Made by a program: the position numbers and the translations under genes. From Candidatus Marinacidobacterales bacterium (lineage in GTDB: Bacteria; Acidobacteriota; Vicinamibacteria; Marinacidobacterales; SMYC01), in contig OZ250169.1 in the NCBI GenBank assembly GCA_965237955.1, positions 4,896,001 through 4,960,000 on the forward strand: 64,000 nt of DNA, read 5' to 3'. Positions 1 through 9,929 of this stretch are shown piece after piece (within the stretch, counting starts at the first letter, position 1; each line of letters begins with the position of its first letter). The notes under the pieces were generated by a model. It was not told the origin of the DNA. It worked only from the letters and a program-made list of their open reading frames with translations, and did no database searches.

Positions 1-647
1 TCGAACAAGTCGCCTCCGATCGGGGCGCGGTCGGCTTCGTGAGCATGAGCTACGACCGCTCGCGCGTACGAACGGTTCCGATCGTCGCAGCTTCGGGAGA
101 GGCTCTTCGCCCGAGCGCCGTCACCGTCGGCGACGGGACCTACCCGCTCCGCTATCCGCTCAGGCTCTACACCGTCGGCGATCCCGACGACGAGCTGGGC
201 CACTTCCTGAGGTTTCTGTATTTTCACGGCGGCCCCGCTCTCGTCGCCGACGCGGGGCTCGTACCCGTGCAAGCGTTCGCTACCATGACTCGATCCGCGG
301 CGCGAGCTCGCCCCCGCGCCCAAGTTTCACTGACACGGGTCGGCTTCGGTTTCCGCGCGAGTCGGCTGGACGCTGACGCGCAACGAGATTTGACCGACGT
401 GGCGAGCCGTCTCACGGGAAGCGATGAAGGCCTTTGGATCACGGGCCACGAGGAGCCGAGAGAAGCTCGCGACGAGCTCGCCGCGGCTCGCGCCCGCACC
501 GTCGCCGAGTTCTTGGAACAACAAAACGTCGACCCGTCTCGGATGACGGTCGACAGTCGAGGTAGCTCTGAGCCCCTCGCCTCGAATGTCGAGCTCGAAG
601 GCCGCCGGTCGAATCGGCGCGTGGACGTCTGGATCCTGCCGCATTGA
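1..647 (+). CDS. PstS-like substrate-binding domain fused to OmpA-like peptidoglycan-binding domain (5' partial)
   Basis: Frame is open from the window start. GTYPLRYPLRLY resembles the PBP C-terminus; RGSSEPLASN...GRRSNRRVD is the OmpA C-terminal motif. Confidence 0.75.
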   Translation, partial: EQVASDRGAVGFVSMSYDRSRVRTVPIVAASGEALRPSAVTVGDGTYPLRYPLRLYTVGDPDDELGHFLRFLYFHGGPALVADAGLVPVQAFATMTRSAARARPRAQVSLTRVGFGFRASRLDADAQRDLTDVASRLTGSDEGLWITGHEEPREARDELAAARARTVAEFLEQQNVDPSRMTVDSRGSSEPLASNVELEGRRSNRRVDVWILPH

Positions 648-3004
648 TGTCGCCCTCCAGTTCGGAAAAGGCGTTTCTGCTCACCCGGCAGTGGCGCGAC
701 ACGCCGGACGGGATCGAGCTCGTCTTCTGGGCGACGAGCGACTCCGGACCGATCCGGATTCAAATCGACAGGCAAGAAGCAGTCGGGTTTGCCGAGCGAG
801 CCCATCGAGTTTCGCTCGACGCCGAAAAGTTGGGCGGGCGCTCGAGGCCGCTCGAGCTTGCCACGCTTGCCGGAGCTCCGGTCGACGGGGTGTACTTTCC
901 CACTCGACACGCACTCGTCGACGCGAGGAGGCTCCTGCGCTCGGGTGGTGCGCGCCTTCACGAATCCGACGTCAAACCACCCGATCGTTTTTTGATGGAG
1001 CGCTTCGTGACCGGTGGCCTGGTGGTGACCGGTGATGCGCACCAGCACCCGACGTATCGCGAGTATCGCAACCCGCTCATCGAGCCTTGCGACTATCGGC
1101 CTGAGCTTCGCGTTCTGACACTCGACATCGAGACCGACAGCGTCGAGACGCTCTACTCGATCTGCGCCACGACCAAAGAGCGCTCGCACGTGTTCCTTCT
1201 ACGATCACCGGAGTGGGGCTCGAACGTGCAAGGCGAGCGCGTCGATGTGGAACACTCCGTCCACCCGGACGAGACCACGCTATTGGAAGAGTTCTTCGCG
1301 TGGGTCGCGGCGGTCGATCCTGACGTCATCATTGGTTGGAACGTCATCGACTTCGACCTCAACTTCATCGAGCAGTGCTGCCAACGATTGAATCTCTCGT
1401 TTGCCGTCGGTCGCGGCAAGGACCGCGCGGCACTCCTCGGGCCGAGTGGTCCGGGCGGAAAACGCGTCGCACGCATCCCCGGTCGCCCCGTGCTCGACGG
1501 CATCGATACGTTGAGAACGGCGACGTGGAGCTTCGAGGACTTCGGGTTGAACGCGGTGGCACGCGAGCTCCTCGGGCGAGGCAAGCTCATCGAGGATGAT
1601 GCCGAAGACAACGAGGAAAAGATTCGAGAGATCCGACGTTTGTATCGCGACGCACCGTGGGATTTGGCGCGGTACAACCTCGAGGATTGCCGTCTCGTCG
1701 AAGGGATCTTCGAGCGCACGCTCTTGATCGATTTCGCGATCGAAAGGACGCAGCTCACCGGACTCGGCCTCGACCGAATAGGTGGCGCGGTCGCTGCGTT
1801 CGACAACCTGTATCTGCCGAGACTCCATCGTGCCGGCCGGGTCGCACCGAACGTCGAAGAGCACGACATGGATGTCGACGAGATGAGCCCGGGCGGTTTC
1901 GTCATGGACTCCGAGCCCGGGCTATTTGCGAACGTCGTCGTTCTCGATTTCAAGAGCTTGTACCCGAGCATCATCCGGACGTTCCTCGTGGATCCGCTCG
2001 GCTTGGCGGTCGAATCCGCCGACCCGGTCAATACTGTCCCGGGGTTCAAAGGCGCGAGCTTTTCGAAGGACACGCACATCCTGCCGGAGCTCATCGAACA
2101 TCTGTGGAGTGCTCGCGATCGCGCGAAGCGCGCGAACAATGATGCGCTCTCCCGCGCGATCAAGATCATCATGAACTCGTTCTACGGCGTTCTCGGAACG
2201 ACCGCGTGTCGCTTTTTCGATCCGCGGCTCGCGTCGAGCATTACCCTCCGCGGGCACGAGATCATCACCCGGAGCCGCGCGTTTATCGAGAACGCCGGAC
2301 ACCGTGTGATCTACGGAGATACTGATTCGCTGTTCGTCCTTCTCGAGGAAGACCTCGAAGAGGATGCATGCCAGGAGATCGGCGGCCGTCTCGCGGTCGA
2401 GCTGACCGCGTTCTGGTCGAACGAAGTTCAGGAGAAATACGGCCTGACGTCTTATCTCGAGCTCGAGCTCGAAAAGCATTACTTGCGCTTTTTCATGCCG
2501 ACAGTGCGCGGCTCGGAGCTCGGCAGCAAGAAGCGGTACGCGGGTTTGGTGCGCCGGGGTGACGACGTCGAGCTTCAGTTCACCGGACTCGAATCGGTGC
2601 GCTCGGATTGGACCCCGATCGCGCGCGAGTTCCAGCGGGAGATTTACCGGCGCGTATTCCACGACGAGCCCTTCGAGGACTACGTCAAAGAGACCGCGCA
2701 TGCCGTCGTCACCGGTAAGCGCGATGCCGACCTCGTCTACCGAAAGCGCTTGCGACGCAAGCTTCAGGATTACGTGAAGAACGTCCCGCCGCACGCGCAA
2801 GCGGCGCGGAAATCCAAACGAACCGGCCGGTTCGTACGCTACCTCATCACCATGAACGGTCCGGAGCCGCTCGACAACAACCCGTCACCGATTGACTACC
2901 AGCACTACGTCGACCGCCAGCTCGCCCCGGCTGCCGACGCATTGCTGCAGGTGAAGGGAACGTCCGTCAGCAAGATTCTCGATCGCCAGATGAGCTTGTT
3001 TTGA
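647..3004 (+). CDS. polB: DNA polymerase II (family B)
   Basis: Motifs LDIET (exonuclease), DFKSLYPSII, KIIMNSFYG and YGDTDS; C-terminal clamp-binding QMSLF; TGATG overlap with the upstream gene. Confidence 0.95.
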   Translation: MSPSSSEKAFLLTRQWRDTPDGIELVFWATSDSGPIRIQIDRQEAVGFAERAHRVSLDAEKLGGRSRPLELATLAGAPVDGVYFPTRHALVDARRLLRSGGARLHESDVKPPDRFLMERFVTGGLVVTGDAHQHPTYREYRNPLIEPCDYRPELRVLTLDIETDSVETLYSICATTKERSHVFLLRSPEWGSNVQGERVDVEHSVHPDETTLLEEFFAWVAAVDPDVIIGWNVIDFDLNFIEQCCQRLNLSFAVGRGKDRAALLGPSGPGGKRVARIPGRPVLDGIDTLRTATWSFEDFGLNAVARELLGRGKLIEDDAEDNEEKIREIRRLYRDAPWDLARYNLEDCRLVEGIFERTLLIDFAIERTQLTGLGLDRIGGAVAAFDNLYLPRLHRAGRVAPNVEEHDMDVDEMSPGGFVMDSEPGLFANVVVLDFKSLYPSIIRTFLVDPLGLAVESADPVNTVPGFKGASFSKDTHILPELIEHLWSARDRAKRANNDALSRAIKIIMNSFYGVLGTTACRFFDPRLASSITLRGHEIITRSRAFIENAGHRVIYGDTDSLFVLLEEDLEEDACQEIGGRLAVELTAFWSNEVQEKYGLTSYLELELEKHYLRFFMPTVRGSELGSKKRYAGLVRRGDDVELQFTGLESVRSDWTPIAREFQREIYRRVFHDEPFEDYVKETAHAVVTGKRDADLVYRKRLRRKLQDYVKNVPPHAQAARKSKRTGRFVRYLITMNGPEPLDNNPSPIDYQHYVDRQLAPAADALLQVKGTSVSKILDRQMSLF

Positions 3005-3156
3005 ATTTCGGCCGCAGTGTGGCCGACCTGGTGCGGGAGGCAATCCGCCGTGTATGGTTGCGCCCAGGCATCCAACCCGAGGAGCCGGTTGCGCTGTGGG
3101 ACGGCGAACCGCGTCGTACCTCGTCCGAGCACGACACTATCTACGACGCTCCCTGA
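3001..3156 (+). pseudogene. Truncated ribbon-helix-helix antitoxin (VapB-like)
   Basis: Frame 1 reads GRSVADLVREAIRR...SSEHDTIYDAP*. The N-terminal strand and helix are absent. The TGA overlaps the ATG of the PIN gene. Confidence 0.55.
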
Positions 3157-3568
3157 TGCGTCAGGGCGAGCAGGTTTTCGTTGATACGGATGCCTGGATT
3201 GCTCTCGCACCCGCGATCCGCTGCACGATCGTGCGTCCGAGATCTGGTTATCGATCAAGGACGGCGGCCTGAAGCTGCGAACTTCGGTTCCAGTCGTGCT
3301 CGAGACCTTCACGTTCCTCGAACGCAATGCAATGCGCGACGTCGCGCTCGCTTGGAAGGACTCGCTTTCCAAGCTCAGTAGGCTCAAGACATTGGAATGT
3401 CGGCCGAAGGATCTCGACCTGTGCTGGCCCTACTTCGAACGCCGAGATTTGCACAAGCTCTCAGCGACCGACGCTACGAGCTTCGTTATCATGAGCCGCG
3501 AGAAAATCCGTATTGCGTTCAGCTTTGACCACCATTTCGCCGTTGTCGGCTTCGGGATTGTGGGCTAG
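3156..3568 (+). pseudogene. PIN-domain (VapC-like) toxin, frameshifted
   Basis: VFVDTDAWIAL in one frame; LSATDATSFVIM...AFSFDHHF in another. Confidence 0.75.
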
Positions 3569-3588
3569 GCCACAGTTTCGTTTCGGGA

Positions 3589-3829
3589 ATGAAGCACGTC
3601 GCCTTTCTGCTCGCCCTCGCAGTCACGGGTGTCCTTTTTCGTCGATTGGTGTGTGGTCGTGTCCCAATGCGGCTGCCTGTCGCTGTGGAATGGCAACGCG
3701 ACGTACTGCAACATTCATGCGCCGATGGGACCGCACTGTCCGTGGTGCGCGCACCCGCTAGCCGGGGGCGGCATTGCGTTCGGCGCGGCGGTCGTCCAGC
3801 GTTTCGTGTGGGAATATTGGCCGAGTTAG
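3589..3829 (+). pseudogene. Small Cys/His-rich membrane protein, frameshifted and probably truncated
   Basis: MKHVAFLLALAVTGV joins FFVDWC...CGC...CNIH...HCPWC across a T-tract near 3635-3640. Confidence 0.45.
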
Positions 3830-3925
3830 CTCACTTTTCCGGAAGCGATAGCACGTCATCGCCTTCCACCGTTGCCAGGCCGAGTATACTCACACCCGCT
3901 CTCGACAGGAAAGGAGGCCTTTCAG

Positions 3926-5353
3926 ATGCACTGGATGAAGCGCACTCTCGTTCTCTTGCCGTTGCTCGCAACGACGCCGACCGTACTCGCTCAAGACGAC
4001 TACGGAAGCCGCGGCAACCTCTGGGCCGATTGGACTCAAGAGGAGCGCCTGGAAGCGATGGAGCTCGGTGAGCGCTTCAAGGTGATGATCGGCGCTGCCC
4101 GAAGCGAGATGATGATGGTGAAAGAGGCCATCCGCCATGCGGAGGCGCGCGGCTTCGTCGCCTGGGATCCGGCTCGCGGGACGCCGAGCCCGGGGGACAA
4201 GTTTTACGCGGTCAACCGGGATCGAACGATCGTGTTGTGGATCGTCGGCCAAGAGCCGCTCGCGAGCGGGATGCGGCTGGTGAACAGCCACATCGACTCG
4301 GTGCGGCTCGAGACCAAACCCCATCCTCTTCGCGAGCAAAACGGCGCGGTCGTGATGGACACTCTGGTCCATGGAGGCGTCAAGGGCTATCAATGGACCA
4401 ACGTGCCCCTCGCCATCACCGGCCGTGTGGACAAAAAGGACGGGACCACGGTGTGGCTCGAGATCGGGCTCGATGACGACGACCCCATCTTCCTCGTTCC
4501 CGATCTCGCACCCCACGTGGACCGCGACTACCGCGACCGCACCCGGGCGGAAGCCATCGAGCGTGAAGAGCTCGACCCCGTCATCGCCTCCGCACCCCCA
4601 GCGGAGGGCTCCGATCGAGAGACGGTGCTGGACGAGACGCTTCACCTGTTGCAGGAGCAGTATGGTATCGAGCGCGACGACTGGATGAGCGCCGACATCC
4701 AGATTGTGCCGGCGACCGCGCCCCGCGATGTTGGTCTCGACCGGGCGCTCCTGGCCGCGTTCGGCTTGGACGATCGCCTGACGGCGGTAGTGAGTCTGTT
4801 CGCGCTGGACGAGCTCGGGACACCGGCCCATACCGCCATGGCCTACATGGTCGCCGACGAGGAAGTCGGAAGCCGTTGGAACATCGGTGTCTCTTCCGAG
4901 TGGTTTCGCAAGCTCGTGTCCGAAATGATTGTCGCCGAGACGGGTTCGGTCAGCGAGCTCGACGTGATGGAATCGTTTTCCAACACCCATACGGTGACGG
5001 CCGACACCACCACCGCCACCAACCCGCTTTGGCCCGAGCCCCAGGCCAAGGACAACGCGGCCTTGATGCACCACGGCCTCGTCATCAAGCTCTACGGGCC
5101 CGGAAGAAGCGCTAACAGCGAGTTCGTCGCCCACCTTCGGAGGATCCTCGACGACGGTAACGTCGGTTGGCAGACCCACAGCTACAAAGCGGGCTACGGC
5201 GGGGGCACGATCTCGTCCTACTTCGCGGGCTGGAACATGGAAGTCACGGACTGGGGCGTCGGCATCTGGTCCATGCACTCCACCTACGACGTCGCGTCCA
5301 AGGCCGATATCTGGGCCCTATTCAAAGGCTTCGTGGTGTTCTTTCAGAGCTAA
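3926..5353 (+). CDS. M18-family metallo-aminopeptidase, copy 1 (predicted signal peptide)
   Basis: RBS AAGGAGG; motifs SHIDS, GLDDR, DEEVGS, GGGTI, MHS. Confidence 0.85.
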   Translation: MHWMKRTLVLLPLLATTPTVLAQDDYGSRGNLWADWTQEERLEAMELGERFKVMIGAARSEMMMVKEAIRHAEARGFVAWDPARGTPSPGDKFYAVNRDRTIVLWIVGQEPLASGMRLVNSHIDSVRLETKPHPLREQNGAVVMDTLVHGGVKGYQWTNVPLAITGRVDKKDGTTVWLEIGLDDDDPIFLVPDLAPHVDRDYRDRTRAEAIEREELDPVIASAPPAEGSDRETVLDETLHLLQEQYGIERDDWMSADIQIVPATAPRDVGLDRALLAAFGLDDRLTAVVSLFALDELGTPAHTAMAYMVADEEVGSRWNIGVSSEWFRKLVSEMIVAETGSVSELDVMESFSNTHTVTADTTTATNPLWPEPQAKDNAALMHHGLVIKLYGPGRSANSEFVAHLRRILDDGNVGWQTHSYKAGYGGGTISSYFAGWNMEVTDWGVGIWSMHSTYDVASKADIWALFKGFVVFFQS

Positions 5354-5454
5354 TCCCGGCGAGACACGGCCGTCGCCATGGTCGGAGCAGCCTCCGGACG
5401 AAAGGGCCACCTGTCTCTCGCGCCGATCCCCGCTGAGCTGCGACCGCTCGAGTC

Positions 5455-6450
5455 TCAGTTGTCACCGGCATCGTGCCGTCTGAGCTCATCCGCGAGGTTC
5501 AATACGATGTCGAAGAGCATCATGGGCTTCTCGGCGCGGAAGGCAGGCTCCGTCGAGACCTTCACCGCCATGACCGCCGTCCCCTGGCGATAGAAGAGCT
5601 CTCGACCGTCGCGCGCCCACACGGGAGCCCTTCCGCCGTCCGACGAGACCGGCTCGCGCGTCCCCGGCCCGGAAAGGGCTGTACGTAGATCTCCGCTCTT
5701 CCGGTCTCGTCCGACACGTAGGCGATCCACGTTCCGTCCGGCGAAAACGCGGCCGCGTTCTCGTTGGCCGGTGAAGAGACGAATGGAAAACGGATCGCCG
5801 CCCCGCGGAAGGATGAAAACGTCACGTCCCTCGGTGTCGCCGATGTTCGTGATCGCGAGGAACTCGCCATCTGGCGCCCAGCAGAGTGGCCACTGCACGT
5901 TGGCGCGCGCGAGGAGGCGCCTCGCTTCTCCGGTGCCATCCGCGGCTTTGACATAGATGTGGCCATCGCCACTAGTGTACGCGAGCTCGGTGCCGTCCGG
6001 GCTCCAGAGCGGCTCAACGAGCCCGTTTTCTTCGGCGACGAGAATGCGTGTCCCGCGGGCGATGTCGTGCACCCAGATCCGGTCGGCGAGATCGTCGGCG
6101 GCGACGCGTGAGCCGTCGGGAGAAAGCTTCAGCCAGTGGTAGGAACCATCGAACGCGTGATCGTATCGGCCCTCGCGATCGACCCAGACGACGGTCCGCG
6201 ACTGCTCGACGGTCGGGATGTAGACGAGTGTACCGTCGCGTCCCACCGCGAAATAGCGCTCCGAGGTTCCGGGTCAACTTGGGCCGGCGACGTTCTCCAC
6301 GGCGGGAAACGGTGTCCCGAACGTCTCGAGCGCGTCGAGGTCGAAGCGAACGGCAAGGAGCCCACCCGCAGACCTGAAGATCAAATGACCACTCGGCGAG
6401 TAGAAAGCACCCGCGCCCTCGATGAGCTTGCGGTGCTCCGTGGCAGCCAT
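5455..6450 (-). pseudogene. TolB/PD40 beta-propeller fragment (type found C-terminal to Ser/Thr kinases)
   Basis: Repeated SPDG blades (LSPDGSRVA, WSPDGTELAY, FSPDGTWIAYVSDETGRAEIYVQPF, WARDGRELFY) spread across frames with a stop; no kinase domain present. Confidence 0.7.
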
Positions 6451-6585
6451 TGTTTAGACTAGACGACTATTCAGTGCGAATCGAACACCGCTTGATACGA
6501 CACGACCTTTCGCGTCATCGCCTTCATCTATTTGCCAGGCCGAGTATACTCACACCCGCTCTCGACAGGAAAGGAGGCCTTTCAG

Positions 6586-8013
6586 ATGCACTGGATGAAG
6601 CGCACTCTCGTTCTCTTGCCGTTGCTCGCAACGACGCCGACCGTACTCGCTCAAGACGACTACGGAAGCCGCGGCAACCTCTGGGCCGATTGGACTCAAG
6701 AGGAGCGCCTGGAAGCGATGGAGCTCGGTGAGCGCTTCAAGGTGATGATCGGCGCTGCCCGAAGCGAGATGATGATGGTGAAAGAGGCCATCCGCCATGC
6801 GGAGGCGCGCGGCTTCGTCGCCTGGGATCCGGCTCGCGGGACGCCGAGCCCGGGGGACAAGTTTTACGCGGTCAACCGGGATCGAACGATCGTGTTGTGG
6901 ATCGTCGGCCAAGAGCCGCTCGCGAGCGGGATGCGGCTGGTGAACAGCCACATCGACTCGGTGCGGCTCGAGACCAAACCCCATCCTCTTCGCGAGCAAA
7001 ACGGCGCGGTCGTGATGGACACTCTGGTCCATGGAGGCGTCAAGGGCTATCAATGGACCAACGTGCCCCTCGCCATCACCGGCCGTGTGGACAAAAAGGA
7101 CGGGACCACGGTGTGGCTCGAGATCGGGCTCGATGACGACGACCCCATCTTCCTCGTTCCCGATCTCGCACCCCACGTGGACCGCGACTACCGCGACCGC
7201 ACCCGGGCGGAAGCCATCGAGCGTGAAGAGCTCGACCCCGTCATCGCCTCCGCACCCCCAGCGGAGGGCTCCGATCGAGAGACGGTGCTGGACGAGGCGC
7301 TTCACTTGTTGCAGGAGCAGTATGGAATCGAGCGCGACGACTGGATAAGCGCCGACATCCAGATTGTGCCGGCGACCGCGCCCCGCGACGTTGGTCTCGA
7401 CCGCGCGCTCCTGGCCGCGTTCGGCTTGGACGATCGCCTCACGGCGGTGGTGAGTCTCTTCGCGCTGGACGAGCTCACCGCGCCGGCCCATACCGCAATG
7501 GCCTACATGGTCGCCGACGAGGAAGTCGGAAGCCGTTGGAACATCGGCGTCTCTTCCGAGTGGTTTCGCAAGCTGGTGTCCGAGATGATTGTCGCCGAGA
7601 AGGGTTCGGTCAGCGAGCTCGACGTGATGGAATCGTTTTCCAACACCCATACGGTGACGGCCGACACCACCACCGCCACCAACCCGCTTTGGCCCGCGCC
7701 CCAGGCCAAGGACAACGCGGCCTTGATGCACCACGGCCTCGTCATCAAGCTCTACGGGCCCGGAAGAAGCGCTAACAGCGAGTTCGTCGCCCACCTTCGG
7801 AGGATCCTCGACGACGGTAACGTCGGTTGGCAGACCCACAGCTACAAAGCGGGCTACGGCGGCGGCACGATCTCGTACTACTTCGCGGGCTGGAATATGG
7901 AAGTCACGGACTGGGGCGTCGGCATCTGGTCCACGCACTCCCCCTACGCCGTCGCGTCCAAGGCCGATATCTGGGCCCTATTCAAAGGCTTCGTGGTGTT
8001 CTTTCAGAGCTAA
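6586..8013 (+). CDS. M18-family metallo-aminopeptidase, copy 2
   Basis: Near-identical to 3926-5353 at offset 2660; C-terminal motif reads STHSPYA. Confidence 0.85.
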   Translation: MHWMKRTLVLLPLLATTPTVLAQDDYGSRGNLWADWTQEERLEAMELGERFKVMIGAARSEMMMVKEAIRHAEARGFVAWDPARGTPSPGDKFYAVNRDRTIVLWIVGQEPLASGMRLVNSHIDSVRLETKPHPLREQNGAVVMDTLVHGGVKGYQWTNVPLAITGRVDKKDGTTVWLEIGLDDDDPIFLVPDLAPHVDRDYRDRTRAEAIEREELDPVIASAPPAEGSDRETVLDEALHLLQEQYGIERDDWISADIQIVPATAPRDVGLDRALLAAFGLDDRLTAVVSLFALDELTAPAHTAMAYMVADEEVGSRWNIGVSSEWFRKLVSEMIVAEKGSVSELDVMESFSNTHTVTADTTTATNPLWPAPQAKDNAALMHHGLVIKLYGPGRSANSEFVAHLRRILDDGNVGWQTHSYKAGYGGGTISYYFAGWNMEVTDWGVGIWSTHSPYAVASKADIWALFKGFVVFFQS

Positions 8014-8023
8014 CCCGGCTCAG

Positions 8024-8650
8024 TTAGCTGTCTCGTCCTGTGCGTTGAATACGATACAGCACGAGACGAAATTCAGGAACCCCCGGACCTCTTTCGATAG
8101 CTAGCTCTTCCTCGCGTGCCAATCCCTCGAGCTCGAGCCCGCGCTCGGGGGTGAGCACGACGAGGAAGGCGCCCGGCCGTCCGTGTTCGCGGAGGAATCC
8201 GGCGAGCTTGTGCTCGTTGCCGTCGGGGTAGTTGAAGAACGCGTCGATGTCCTCGAGGCGGATGCCGAGCTTCGGATATGTCGATAAATCGAAGTAGTCG
8301 CCTTGGCAGGTGCGCCAACTCGAAGCCATCCCGCGCTCGGTGAGCATGCGCAGGTTGTCTTGCGCGAGCTGACACAGGTTCGGATGGGATTCGATGCCGT
8401 ATGCCCATAGATCGTGAGGCACGGTGCACAGAGCGGCCACCAGCCGGCCATCTCCCATGCCGGCGTCCAGCACCTTGGCTCGTGTGCCGAGTCGGGACCA
8501 GAATCCGGTGGCCTGGAGCTTTTCGAGCGCGGCATCCAGGACGTCGAGGGGCATCGCGAGCCAGATGCCGTCGGCGGTCAGGCGCAGTGGCTGGCCGTCG
8601 AACGCTCGTTTTTCGGAGCGCGCGAAGGTCTCGGCGAACTCAGGGTTCAC
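8024..8650 (-). CDS. Class I SAM-dependent methyltransferase-like protein
   Basis: VLDAGMGDG motif I, followed by YGIE and GDY. Confidence 0.65.
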   Translation of the reverse strand: MNPEFAETFARSEKRAFDGQPLRLTADGIWLAMPLDVLDAALEKLQATGFWSRLGTRAKVLDAGMGDGRLVAALCTVPHDLWAYGIESHPNLCQLAQDNLRMLTERGMASSWRTCQGDYFDLSTYPKLGIRLEDIDAFFNYPDGNEHKLAGFLREHGRPGAFLVVLTPERGLELEGLAREEELAIERGPGVPEFRLVLYRIQRTGRDS

Positions 8651-8759
8651 TAGACGACGTTAACCTTTCCAGCAATTTGACCGATTTGATTGCGATTATA
8701 CCCCCTGTATGATCTATTTTTATTCGGAATGAGAAAAAAATTAGAAGACGTTATTAGGG

Positions 8760-8903
8760 CCGATTAGAACTCTGGAGGCACTCCACCTTGCGTCAGTCGA
8801 TTTCTTGAGGCGTCAGAATCAAGACGTCGAGCTTGCCACGTACGACGAGCGCATGCTGAAGGCTGCTGAGAGAATCGGCGTGACGATCTTCGATCTGTCC
8901 TGA
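8760..8903 (+). pseudogene. C-terminal remnant of a PIN-domain toxin
   Basis: PIRTLEALHLASVDFL...LATYDERMLKAAERIG* matches the PIN RTLDALHLA...TYD pattern. Confidence 0.6.
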
Positions 8904-8983
8904 GCGAAATCTCGTTCGAACGAGCGAAGCCTGCGGCTGGTGCCGCCCCTATCAGGCGAGAAACTACCCGAGCTGATAAAAGG

Positions 8984-9160
8984 GTTGTGAGTGAAGGCTC
9001 CGGCAGCTAAACCCCTTTGAATCACCGGTGCGCTTATGCCCCAGGACGAGCTTGGGTCCGAGCGGGCTCCCTATCATTGGCGAGGCTTTCAACGGAAGCA
9101 CTCCCCAGGGTCAGAATCCAAACAATCGCCATCTCGGGCCGGAGCCTTCACTCGCCAAAA
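8984..9160 (+). ncRNA. Putative bridge RNA of IS110 element 1
   Basis: Closing stem GAGTGAAGGCTCCGGC/GCCGGAGCCTTCACTC; conserved with 15236-15410; contains CCCTATCA (9069-9076), identical to the left flank. Confidence 0.6.
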
Positions 9161-9632
9161 TACATGTGAGGTGAGTGATGCACAAGCGAAGGAACAAGGG
9201 TCGAACCAACTCGGACAACGTTGCGCAGTCGCTGCCCGTGATAAGGCCGAACGTAGCGGGCATCGATATTGGCAGTCGTGAGCATTGGGTGTGTGGCCCC
9301 GCTCTGGCGGACGGCGGGGCAAACGTGCGGGTGTTCTTCACAACAACATCGTCATTGAATGAACTGGCGGATTGGCTCATCGAGCAAGGGGTCGAGTCGG
9401 TGGCGATGGAAAGCACCTACGTCTATTGGATTCCGGTCTATGAGTTGCTTGAATCCCGGGGCCTTGAGGTCATGCTGGTAAACTCGCGCCAGCTCAGCAA
9501 TGTCCCGGGGCGCAAAACCGATATGCAAGACTGTCAGTGGCTGCAGCTGTTACACAGCTGCGGTCTTATTTCGGTTCAGCTGGAACATGACAGTCCTGAA
9601 GTTAAAATACGCACATGGAAAAAGGAGCTGTC

Positions 9633-9929
9633 ATGAGCAAAGGTCGTCGTCGTCACACTGCGGAGCAAAAGGCAGAGCTGTTGCGCCAGCACGTTGCCGA
9701 GAAAAAGCCGGTCTCGGAGGTATGCAACGAGGCAGAAATCCAGCCGAGCCTGTTCTACACATGGCAAAGGGAGCTATTGGCTGGAGCCCATACGGTGTTT
9801 TCGTTCCGTCGTGCGCCGAGCCGTGAGAAGGAGCTAGAGGAGAAGCTCTCCCGTCTCGAGGCGAAGGTGGCCCGTAAGGATCAGATCATCGCTGAGGTGA
9901 CCGAAGAGTACGTGACACTCAAAAAAAAA
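9633..9929 (+). CDS. IS3 OrfA (HTH), ending at the A-tract frameshift site
   Basis: MSKGRRRHTAEQKAELL...SLFYTWQR, then a coiled coil and an A9 tract. Confidence 0.85.

Noticed and set aside
3890-7938. Long antisense ORFs (3890-5278, 6550-7938, and similar ones such as 40432-41886 and 58148-59863)
   Set aside because: Shadow ORFs of GC-rich genes with no recognisable motifs.
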